A stretch of 17,071 nt of DNA from Campylobacterota bacterium (GTDB lineage: Bacteria; Campylobacterota; Campylobacteria; Campylobacterales; Sulfurovaceae): the NCBI GenBank assembly GCA_034722955.1, contig JAYEOM010000043.1, positions 1 through 17,071 of the forward strand, in the 5' to 3' direction. The notes beneath the pieces were generated by a model. The model was not told the origin of the DNA, did not search any database, and saw only the letters and a list, made by a program, of their open reading frames with translations. This document shows, piece by piece, positions 8,363-16,522 of the stretch (position 1 is the first letter of the stretch; every line of letters begins with the position of its first letter). Position numbers and translations under genes: made by a program.

Positions 8363-8370
8363 TTAGGTTA

Positions 8371-9072
8371 TCAATCCATCGACTTGAGGAATGCGTCATA
8401 GACTTCAGAGAGTTCGTGATCATCTTTTTCCATAGAGAGGGTATCTCCTGTCTTGACGGCATGTTCCAAAACAGCAAGACGCTTGACGAGATACTCAAAG
8501 ATCTCTTTGTTGATATCTGGGATTTTATTGTGGCTAAGCGGTGTTTTATCAAATCCTCGCTTGATAACACGGGCAGGGATACCGATAGCAGTAGAGTCTG
8601 GAGGGACATCTTTGACGACTACAGAGTTGGCACCCACTTTTGAGTTCTCGCCTAGTGTGATATTGCCAAGTATTTTGGAGCCTGCACCCAATACAACGCT
8701 GTTCTCGACAGTAGGGTGTCGTTTTCCTTGTGTGAGGCTTACTCCACCTAGCGTAACTTGCTGATATATGACAACATCATCACCTATGATCGTCGTCTCG
8801 CCGATGACAACACCGACTCCATGATCTATAAAGACTCTCCTCCCTATCTGTGCGGCAGGGTGTATGTCGATCGTAGTGAGAAACTGACCCAAACCTGAGA
8901 TGAGACGAGGAATAAAACGCAACCCCCTCTGGTAAAACCAATGTGCAATTCTATAAAAAAACATTGCCCATAGACCCGGATAGTTGAAAAATAGCTCAAA
9001 AGTAGAGTGTAGAGCTGGGTCATTTTGTTTGACATTGAGAAAATCCTCTTTGATGTAGCCATAGAGTGTCAC
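8371..9072 (-). CDS. cysE: Serine O-acetyltransferase
   Basis: NDPA, YPG, IDIHPAAQIG..VFIDHG.GVVIGET hexapeptide repeats and VTLGG...KRHP. GTG start with AAGGA SD. Confidence 0.97.
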   Translation of the reverse strand: MTLYGYIKEDFLNVKQNDPALHSTFELFFNYPGLWAMFFYRIAHWFYQRGLRFIPRLISGLGQFLTTIDIHPAAQIGRRVFIDHGVGVVIGETTIIGDDVVIYQQVTLGGVSLTQGKRHPTVENSVVLGAGSKILGNITLGENSKVGANSVVVKDVPPDSTAIGIPARVIKRGFDKTPLSHNKIPDINKEIFEYLVKRLAVLEHAVKTGDTLSMEKDDHELSEVYDAFLKSMD

Positions 9073-9090
9073 AGTATATATCCTTGTAGG

Positions 9091-10944
9091 TTAAACCCTT
9101 GAATTGTCTGTAAGATAGCTATTTTCGCTTAAATAGAGATAAAGCTTGCCCAACAGTAGCTCTTTCTCCTCTATATCTATGAGTGCAGATCTCTCTATCT
9201 TCTGCTTTAGGGATCTATCTATCTCTTCGGTATCATAGTCTAGATCATCTAGTATATCCATCAAATTTTGAGCCTCTATGAAGTTCTCAAAATAGATCTC
9301 TCCCTTGGTATCGAAGTGAACTACCACCTCTGTAGGGTGGGTAAATAGATTGTGCTGCATACCCAACACCTCTTGGTATGCGCCTGTGAGAAAAAAAGCG
9401 AGAAAATACTCCTCCTTGGTGACATCGATATCATGTAAAAATAGAGGTAGATTGGGATCAAATCCGATCTCTCCATCACTATCGCAGGTGATATCCCACA
9501 GGCTTGCCGGTCTGGTAGGTTTACTCTCCAAATGGTTGAGTGGCATAACAGGGAAGTGCTGTGAGAGACCCCAAAAGTCAGGAAGAGACTCAAAAGCAGA
9601 GAAGTTTACAAGATACTTCTCTTGGATTCTGCTCTGCAGGCGTTTGAGTTCATCGGTATCTTCATCTTTGAGCAACATGATAGCTTTTTTGATGATGAGA
9701 TTGACTAGGATCTCTGTATTTGAACGATCTTCGAGATCTATATATCCTAGATCAAAGAGTGTAAGCAGTGACTCCATATGATCGAGAGCATCATGCAGAT
9801 ACTCTCGTGCACTGCATCTATCAATAGAGCAGAAGAGATCATAGAGCTCTTGCAACAGGGGTGGATTCTCCTCTTTGAGACGAAGACTCTTTTCATGATA
9901 CTCTTGGGAGAAGAGCTCTAGCACAGGGGCGATCAGCACGGAGTGACTTGCTGCTATATAGCGACCCGATTCGGTATATATATCAGGTGCTTCTATCTTC
10001 TTGTTTTTTGAGATCTCCAGCATCAAAAAGACAACATCATTGGCAAACTCTTTGAGTGAGTAGTTACGCTCTTGTGCATGGCTATGCTGGGAGTACTCAA
10101 CTGCCAAACCGCCACCTATGTTGATCGCAGAGAGTGCCGATGCTCCACGGTTTTTCAGATCGGCATAGATATTGCCAGCTTCACGGAGTGCCTTTTTGAG
10201 TGCTGCTATTTCACTCATCTGTGATCCTATATGGAAATGTACCATAGTGAGTTGATCGAGAAGAGTGTTTTGGTGAAGAAGCTCATAAACTTCCAAGAGC
10301 TCTGTAGATGTCAATCCAAATTTGGAGCTATACCCACCGCTCTTTGCCCATATACCGATGCCTGAGCTATGCAGACGAATCCTAACACCGATCTTTGGAG
10401 TTGTAGATATCTCACTCTCTAGGTTGAACTCTCTGTTGACTTCGATGATCGTCTGCAGCTCTCCCAACCCTTCGATAGTTATGGTGATGTTGTGTCCCAT
10501 CTTGGCGGCTATGAAACACAAGGCTATCATCTCTTTGTCTTTGAAGCCATTGACTGTGATGGGGGCACCTATAGGTGTCTTGGATATAGCTATGATCAGC
10601 TCAGCCTTGCTGCCTGCCTCCAGACCATAACCATAAGGGGATGCGACTTGCATCAGAGAGTGGATAAAGTTGGGGAATTGGTTGACCTTGAGCGGGAAGA
10701 CGGCATGAAACCTGCCAGAGTAGTCAAACTCCTTCATGGCACTCTCAAAAGCATCAAACACTCTCTCTATCTGTTTCTCGATGAGGTGTGGAAATCGTAA
10801 AATCAGAGGACCTTTGTGTCCCCCCTCTCGTATCTTCTTGGTGATATCCAGCAGAGAGGGTTGCCCTGCATAGTTCAATACAATCTTGCCATCTTTAACT
10901 CTATAGTTATCATCTCCCCAGATATCCAAACCAAAGTTTTGCAT
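9091..10944 (-). CDS. speA: Biosynthetic arginine decarboxylase
   Basis: FPLKVNQ (PLP Lys), GLEAGSKAEL, HFHIGSQ, NIGGGL, ESGR, DITCDSDG and GAYQEVLGMQHNLF motifs. GAGGA SD. Confidence 0.97.
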   Translation of the reverse strand: MQNFGLDIWGDDNYRVKDGKIVLNYAGQPSLLDITKKIREGGHKGPLILRFPHLIEKQIERVFDAFESAMKEFDYSGRFHAVFPLKVNQFPNFIHSLMQVASPYGYGLEAGSKAELIIAISKTPIGAPITVNGFKDKEMIALCFIAAKMGHNITITIEGLGELQTIIEVNREFNLESEISTTPKIGVRIRLHSSGIGIWAKSGGYSSKFGLTSTELLEVYELLHQNTLLDQLTMVHFHIGSQMSEIAALKKALREAGNIYADLKNRGASALSAINIGGGLAVEYSQHSHAQERNYSLKEFANDVVFLMLEISKNKKIEAPDIYTESGRYIAASHSVLIAPVLELFSQEYHEKSLRLKEENPPLLQELYDLFCSIDRCSAREYLHDALDHMESLLTLFDLGYIDLEDRSNTEILVNLIIKKAIMLLKDEDTDELKRLQSRIQEKYLVNFSAFESLPDFWGLSQHFPVMPLNHLESKPTRPASLWDITCDSDGEIGFDPNLPLFLHDIDVTKEEYFLAFFLTGAYQEVLGMQHNLFTHPTEVVVHFDTKGEIYFENFIEAQNLMDILDDLDYDTEEIDRSLKQKIERSALIDIEEKELLLGKLYLYLSENSYLTDNSRV

Positions 10945-10983
10945 TGATCAATCCTCACTCTATAGCTACTTATTTTGATCTGT

Positions 10984-11018
10984 ATTATACACTATTTCAC
11001 AGGCTTATTGGATATAAT
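10984..11018. promoter_or_regulatory. Divergent -10 boxes for speA (minus) and mlaE (plus)
   Basis: Minus strand TATAAT at 10989-10984; plus strand GATATAAT with TATAAT at 11013-11018. Confidence 0.6.
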
Positions 11019-11025
11019 TATTTTT

Positions 11026-12135
11026 ATGAAAGAAGAATACCTGACTCTCAAAGAGTATCCTGACCATATCATCATCTACTCTACAGGCGAATGGACACTA
11101 TATCATGAACCAAAGATAGAGCAGAAACTTCAGAGTATCTCAACCAATAAAAAGAGGGTGGTTTGGGATTTTTCCGGTGTTGGGGCATTTGATAGCTCAG
11201 GGGTTTTGCTATTTATGGCATTTTATGAAAAGTTCAAATCACAATCCCAAGTAGAGGTAGTCGGATACTCAAAAGAGCAGAAGAGGATGTATCAGCTTCT
11301 GCTTGAACACAATGTCACAGAGACCATCCCCATCCGTACAGAGGGGTTTCTACACAGTGTGGGCAGAACAACCGTAGATGCTTATGGTGAGTTTTTGAAA
11401 TTTCTTGACTTTACGGGCTATATACTCATAGCTTTTCTACGCTACTTTGCACATCCACGACACCTGCGCATAAAAGAGATAGTTTATCATATCGAACGAT
11501 CCGGTCTAAGTGCTCTTCTGATCATAGCTCTGACCTCATTTTTGGTTGGGATGGTGATCTCTTATCAGAGTGCTGTAGAGTTGGCAAAGTTCGGGGCAGA
11601 TGTCTTTATCGTGGATTTGGCAGGTATCTCTATCACTAGAGAGTTGGCTCCCTTGATCACTGCTATAGTCGTAGCAGGACGAAGCGGTTCAGCTTATACG
11701 GCACAGATCGGTGCTATGAAGATCACAGAAGAGATCTCTGCTATGCGTACGATGGGGTTTGATCCATACTACTTTCTGGTTCTGCCGCGCATGATAGCTT
11801 TGATGATCTCTCTGCCTCTATTGATATTTTTTGCAGATATTGTGGGGATCATGGGGAGTATGTTTGCTGCAAGTCTGGAACTCAATATCTCCTATATGCA
11901 GTTTATAGATCGTCTTCAGGAGGTTTTGTATGTCAAGCATTTTTGGATAGGGATCATCAAAGGACCCTTTTTTGCTATATTGATCGCAATGATAGGTTGC
12001 TTTAGGGGTTTACAGGTGACAGATGATACAGAGAGCATCGGCTATCAAACGACGGCAAGTGTCGTCAACTCTATATTTTTTGTGATCGCTTGTGATGCAC
12101 TCTTTTCGGTGATATTAACAGAGTGGGATATCTGA
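11026..12135 (+). CDS. mlaE: MlaE-family ABC permease with N-terminal STAS-like domain
   Basis: STAS-like WDFSGV.AFDSSG motif, then RELAPLITAIVVAGRSGSAYTAQIGAMKITEEISAM and LVLPR. Start at ATG 11026. Confidence 0.92.
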   Translation: MKEEYLTLKEYPDHIIIYSTGEWTLYHEPKIEQKLQSISTNKKRVVWDFSGVGAFDSSGVLLFMAFYEKFKSQSQVEVVGYSKEQKRMYQLLLEHNVTETIPIRTEGFLHSVGRTTVDAYGEFLKFLDFTGYILIAFLRYFAHPRHLRIKEIVYHIERSGLSALLIIALTSFLVGMVISYQSAVELAKFGADVFIVDLAGISITRELAPLITAIVVAGRSGSAYTAQIGAMKITEEISAMRTMGFDPYYFLVLPRMIALMISLPLLIFFADIVGIMGSMFAASLELNISYMQFIDRLQEVLYVKHFWIGIIKGPFFAILIAMIGCFRGLQVTDDTESIGYQTTASVVNSIFFVIACDALFSVILTEWDI

Positions 12136-12911
12136 TGGAGGTGGTGATAAGAGCGAAAGATATAGTGACTAGTTTTGGTCCTGTTGTCATCCATGACAGA
12201 GTCAATATCACGGTCAACAGAGGTGATATCTATGGTATTCTTGGAGAGAGCGGATCAGGAAAAACACTTCTACTCAAGGAGATGATCATGCTGCTCAAGC
12301 CTACATCGGGAGAGATGAGTGTTTTAGGAAACGATCTCTCAACTATCAGCTATAGAGATGCTCAGGCTCTACGCCGTCAGTGGGGTATACTCTTTCAGTT
12401 TGGAGCACTCTTTACCTCACTGACTGTCGCTGAAAATATTGAACTTCAGCTCAAAGAGTACACAGGGATAAGTAAAAAAATGCGTGATAAGATCGTCAAA
12501 ACCAAGATCAGTATGGTGGGTCTCTCAGCACGAGCAGGGTCTCTCTACCCATCTGAACTGAGTGGAGGTATGATCAAGAGAGCTGCCTTGGCAAGAGCAC
12601 TAGCTATGGATCCAAAGCTTCTATTTTTGGATGAGCCTACATCGGGACTAGACCCTATCGGTGCTAGAAATTTCGATAGTTTGATCGTAGAGCTTCGAGA
12701 TCTCTTGGGTATCACTGTAGTTATGATCACCCATGACCTTGAGTCGATCTACTCTATAGTAGATCGTTTTGCCATTTTGGCAGACAAACATGTCGCTGCA
12801 GAAGGAACTTTGGAAAATGTGCTACAATCTGATCACCATTTTGTAGAAAAATTTTTCAAAAATGATTATGCAAAGAAAAATTTAAAAGAGAGAGTAAAAA
12901 GAGATGTATAG
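12135..12911 (+). CDS. mlaF: MlaF-like ABC transporter ATP-binding protein
   Basis: Walker A GESGSGKT, LFQFGALF, signature LSGGM, Walker B LLFLDEP and H-loop THD. ATG overlaps the mlaE stop (TGATG). Confidence 0.92.
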   Translation: MEVVIRAKDIVTSFGPVVIHDRVNITVNRGDIYGILGESGSGKTLLLKEMIMLLKPTSGEMSVLGNDLSTISYRDAQALRRQWGILFQFGALFTSLTVAENIELQLKEYTGISKKMRDKIVKTKISMVGLSARAGSLYPSELSGGMIKRAALARALAMDPKLLFLDEPTSGLDPIGARNFDSLIVELRDLLGITVVMITHDLESIYSIVDRFAILADKHVAAEGTLENVLQSDHHFVEKFFKNDYAKKNLKERVKRDV

Positions 12912-13827
12912 TAAGGTCAATTATACTATTATTGGTATCTTTGTGATACTTTTTACAGCAGGTATGATTTTTTTCGCATTTTGGCTGGGAAATACCAGCT
13001 TCAAGCAGGATCATGATCTCTATATGCTTCGTATGAAAGACTCTGTCTCTGGACTATCAAAAGACTCAGGCGTGAAGCTCAAAGGTGTAGATGTAGGAAC
13101 AGTTAGTGATATTAGGGTAAATCCGAAAAATATAGAAGAGGTGGAGATCATACTCAAGATCAACCGAGGTATCCCTATCAAAGAGGATATGCGAGGTGTG
13201 ATCAGTATGTTTGGTTTGACGGGTCTCTCCTATATCGAGATAACAGGAGGAACCAATAGTGCCAAGAGACTTCAATCAGTTGACGGAGAGATCCCTCTGC
13301 TCAAAGCAGGCAGATCCTTTCTAGGTAACTTGGAGGAGAGGTTTGAAAAACTCTCAATCAAGTTTATAACCATCTTGGAGAGAGGAGAGAAGCTCCTCTC
13401 GGATGATAACCTCAAAAACTTTTCGGCACTCTTGGACAATACCAATCGCCTAGCCCTCAAAGGAGTCGGTGTAGAGGATAAGATGATATCCGCACTCGAT
13501 GAGGCAGAGGTGACACTCAAAGAGTTTAGAGTCTCATTCGCTAAACTATCAAAAGATTATGATCGCTTGGCAGTTGATCTTCACAAGGATATCAAACCAT
13601 CTATGAAAAAGTTTGATCGTATGACAGAGAGTATAAACTCTTTAGTAACACAGATGGAGAAGACAGTCAATCGAGGAGACTACAATATGGATAAGATCAT
13701 GAAGCCGACAGTTAATGACATGAGAGATCTCACTGCACAGTTAAGTGCACTGACTAGAGAGTTGAGACGGAGTCCAAGCGATATACTCTATAAATCCAGA
13801 AAACCTAGACGAGGGCCAGGCGAATGA
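12904..13827 (+). CDS. mlaD: MlaD/MCE-domain protein with long helical C-terminus
   Basis: N-terminal TM anchor, MCE motifs VSGL...SGVKLKGVDVGTV and GLTGLSYIEITGG, coiled-coil tail. Confidence 0.9.
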   Translation: MYSKVNYTIIGIFVILFTAGMIFFAFWLGNTSFKQDHDLYMLRMKDSVSGLSKDSGVKLKGVDVGTVSDIRVNPKNIEEVEIILKINRGIPIKEDMRGVISMFGLTGLSYIEITGGTNSAKRLQSVDGEIPLLKAGRSFLGNLEERFEKLSIKFITILERGEKLLSDDNLKNFSALLDNTNRLALKGVGVEDKMISALDEAEVTLKEFRVSFAKLSKDYDRLAVDLHKDIKPSMKKFDRMTESINSLVTQMEKTVNRGDYNMDKIMKPTVNDMRDLTAQLSALTRELRRSPSDILYKSRKPRRGPGE

Positions 13828-14420
13828 ACAGAACAATAGGAGAAGCAGTGGTTGTGGCAGGATTGATTCTGCTGGGTGGATGCAGCACCAAAAGTGATCC
13901 GATGCAGACTTACAATATCAATCCAAATTTGAAATTTTCCAAACTCCCCCACTCCATCTATAGAGAGAAGAGTGTCAAAGTAGCCTATCCTATCAATATC
14001 AAAGGCAGATCAGGTACCTCTATCTATTATGCTTATAACAGGCTAGAAGATGGAGTTTATCAAGACTCCTCCTGGTCTAGCAACAGCAGTCAGCTTTTGA
14101 CTAGCAGCATCATGCTCGCACTAGAGCATGGCAGAGTCTTTAAGTCTGTTGTTGACTATACTTCTCTAGCCAATACAGACTACCTGCTAGAGAGTGAAGT
14201 GTATGATTTTTATCATAAATTACGAAAAGATCTCTCTCTCTCTGTTGTATCTATCCGGTTTGATCTGATCTCTACAGATAACAATATACTGATAAAGAGT
14301 AAAAAATTTAGCTATGAGATACCCACAGAGACAGTCAATGCTGTAGGCTATGTCAAAGCAACCAACATAGCACTAGAGAGACTCTCTGCTGATTTGAGCA
14401 GATGGCTTGGCAGATCATGA
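13824..14420 (+). CDS. ABC transport auxiliary lipoprotein (PqiC-like)
   Basis: Lipobox LGGC. Last gene of the MCE operon with ATGA overlap. W...(L) and DYLLESEVYDF pattern. Confidence 0.8.
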   Translation: MNRTIGEAVVVAGLILLGGCSTKSDPMQTYNINPNLKFSKLPHSIYREKSVKVAYPINIKGRSGTSIYYAYNRLEDGVYQDSSWSSNSSQLLTSSIMLALEHGRVFKSVVDYTSLANTDYLLESEVYDFYHKLRKDLSLSVVSIRFDLISTDNNILIKSKKFSYEIPTETVNAVGYVKATNIALERLSADLSRWLGRS

Positions 14421-15328
14421 GTATCATATTTGGGCCTATACACTCTCGTCGTTTTGGTAAATCTCTAGGTATAGATCTCAGTCCTGGAAAAAAGCAGTGC
14501 AACTTTGATTGTCTATATTGTGAGCTTGATCCTGCTAAGACTATGGATAGCTATGATGAGGTAGTCTCTGTGGATGAGGTGATGATAGCTTTGAAGAGGG
14601 CATTGAGTGAGCATGGAGGTGTAGACTTTATCACACTCACAGCAAATGGTGAGCCTACTCTCTACCCATATCTATCTGAATTGATCGATAGAATCGATAT
14701 GATCAAAGGGGAAGCTCAAACCCTGATCCTCAGCAATGGCAGTACTATTGATGATAGCAGGGTTGCAGATGCTTTGATGAAGATCGATATGGTAAAGCTC
14801 TCTCTTGATTGTGCTACAGATAGATGTCTGCACAAGCTAGATCGCTCACACTCAGGTATCACTGTAGGATCGATCATGGATGGGATGCTTGCATTTAGGA
14901 GACGATATAGAGGTCCTATGATCATAGAGACTCTATTTGTCAAAAAACTCAATGAGAGACCAGAAGAGATCAAAGCACTTAACCAGTTTTTTCTGGAGCT
15001 CAACCCATCACGCATAGATATAGGTACTATCGATCGTCCGCCAGCCTATGATGTCAAACCCTTGAGCTATGAGGAGCTTCATAGGGTTTCACTGCTCTTT
15101 GACCCTGCACTGCCAATCTACATCGCATCACGCAAAAAGATCACATCAACCCCAGAGTACTATAGCAGTGAAGCTATCCTGCAGACTATCTCCAAAAGAC
15201 CCTTGACCCCTGAAGATATCGAGATTCTCTTTGATGAGCCGAGCCAAATAGCACTCAAGAGACTCATATCAGAAGAAAAAATCATAGTCAAAAAGACAAA
15301 TGGTGTGGATTTTTATACTTTAGCCTAA
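14417..15328 (+). CDS. Radical SAM protein (COG0731/TYW1-like family, function unknown)
   Basis: IFGPIHSRRFGKSLGIDL, CxxxCxxC (CNFDCLYC), GEPTLYP and TIDRPP motifs. Start ATG 14417 overlaps the upstream stop (ATGA). Confidence 0.88.
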   Translation: MSIIFGPIHSRRFGKSLGIDLSPGKKQCNFDCLYCELDPAKTMDSYDEVVSVDEVMIALKRALSEHGGVDFITLTANGEPTLYPYLSELIDRIDMIKGEAQTLILSNGSTIDDSRVADALMKIDMVKLSLDCATDRCLHKLDRSHSGITVGSIMDGMLAFRRRYRGPMIIETLFVKKLNERPEEIKALNQFFLELNPSRIDIGTIDRPPAYDVKPLSYEELHRVSLLFDPALPIYIASRKKITSTPEYYSSEAILQTISKRPLTPEDIEILFDEPSQIALKRLISEEKIIVKKTNGVDFYTLA

Positions 15329-15334
15329 AAACTC

Positions 15335-15363
15335 TTGACTTTTAATATATTTTTGACTATAAT
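15335..15363 (+). promoter_or_regulatory. Sigma70 promoter of tRNA-Asn
   Basis: TTGACT (15335-15340), 17-bp spacer, TATAAT (15358-15363). Confidence 0.8.
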
Positions 15364-15401
15364 CCCACTCACGAAATAAGCATAGCCTTTTTCAAACCCA
15401 T

Positions 15402-15476
<75 letters not shown>

Positions 15477-15582
15477 CAACCTCTTAATCCCACATTAAAT
15501 GTACATTTTAGCTTTTTAACTATTCACAAAGCGAAACTCTTCTCGTACTTTCTTTAACCACATCACACTCTCATCTATTTTT

Positions 15583-15591
15583 TGCTAAAAT
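15583..15591 (+). promoter_or_regulatory. Extended -10 promoter of cas6 (likely leaderless mRNA)
   Basis: TGCTAAAAT ends 6 nt before the ATG at 15598. No SD sequence. Confidence 0.6.
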
Positions 15592-15597
15592 CATCAT

Positions 15598-16416
15598 ATG
15601 AAATATTACAATATAAGAGTTCAAGTATATACAAAACAGAATGCTCCGCTATTTATAGGATCTACCCTCAGAGGTGCCTTTGGCTATGCACTCAAAAAGG
15701 TAGTATGTATCAATCCATCATATAGATGTGATGGGTGTTTTGCTAAGCAGGAGTGCCTCTATTATGACTTTTATGAGTCACAAAATGGCTATCATAACTA
15801 TAGGTTTGATATAGAGCTTGACTCTAGCAAGTTTGATTTTGCACTCTTTCTCTTTGAAGAGAGCTGTGAGAAGCTGCCTTATGTCTTGAGTGGGTTGCAC
15901 AAGATGCTCACAGAGGTAGGATTGATGCATGACAATCTCATATTTGAAGAGTTCAAGATCACTATAGATAGTCGTATCGTCTATGATGGTGAGAGATTTG
16001 ACCTAGAGGGCATCATGCCCCAGAATTTCGAGACAACACCACACACTCCAAACCTCACACTAACTCTCAAGACACCTCTACGCATCAAAAGAAACAACCG
16101 TTTTATCCGTGATGATGTAGCACTAGAAGATATCCTCCGCTCTATCCACCAGCGAGAGAGACAGCTATGCTACGGTGAAAAATACGCCAAGCTAGAGTAC
16201 ACTCCTAGGTACACCCTACTCTCCAAATCCCTCCACCACCAAACCCTCATCCGCAAAAGCGGTCGTCAAAAATCCAAGATGAATATGGACGGCATAATGG
16301 GTCAGATAGCCATAGAAAACCTAGACCCTGCTAGCTATAGACTCCTCAAACTAGGAGAGATATTGGGTGTGGGCAAACAGACAGTGATGGGTCTAGGAAA
16401 TATTAGAGTTAATTAA
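15598..16416 (+). CDS. cas6: CRISPR pre-crRNA processing endoribonuclease Cas6 (Cys-cluster, DUF2276-like type)
   Basis: N-terminal GSTLRGAFG, C-x6-C-x2-C-x5-C cluster, TPLRIK and C-terminal glycine-rich loop GEILGVGKQTVMGLG. Adjacent to the CRISPR array. Confidence 0.95.
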   Translation: MKYYNIRVQVYTKQNAPLFIGSTLRGAFGYALKKVVCINPSYRCDGCFAKQECLYYDFYESQNGYHNYRFDIELDSSKFDFALFLFEESCEKLPYVLSGLHKMLTEVGLMHDNLIFEEFKITIDSRIVYDGERFDLEGIMPQNFETTPHTPNLTLTLKTPLRIKRNNRFIRDDVALEDILRSIHQRERQLCYGEKYAKLEYTPRYTLLSKSLHHQTLIRKSGRQKSKMNMDGIMGQIAIENLDPASYRLLKLGEILGVGKQTVMGLGNIRVN

Positions 16417-16522
16417 GCCTATTTACTATACAATGGTAAATCACTTGGAAAAAAACCTCCAAATGCCCATAAAACCGTTCCTTAACACGCCACTGTTTTT
16501 GCAAGATACCCATATAGCTCTC
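16417..16522 (+). promoter_or_regulatory. CRISPR leader
   Basis: 106-bp non-coding stretch with A- and T-tracts between cas6 and the first repeat. Candidate -10 TACAAT at 16429-16434. Variant repeats lie at the opposite end of the array. Confidence 0.7.

Noticed and set aside
8280..8609. 110-aa N-terminal extension of the aminotransferase in the ORF track
   Set aside because: It overlaps cysE in another frame and crosses the intergenic repeat. ATG 8279 has its own SD and -10 box and gives the normal family length.
95..15015. Numerous 60-200 aa alternative-frame and antisense ORFs (e.g. 5305-5793, 6287-6709, 8041-8643, 9350-9781)
   Set aside because: They lie within or largely overlap well-supported genes and show no recognisable motifs, so they are treated as shadow ORFs.
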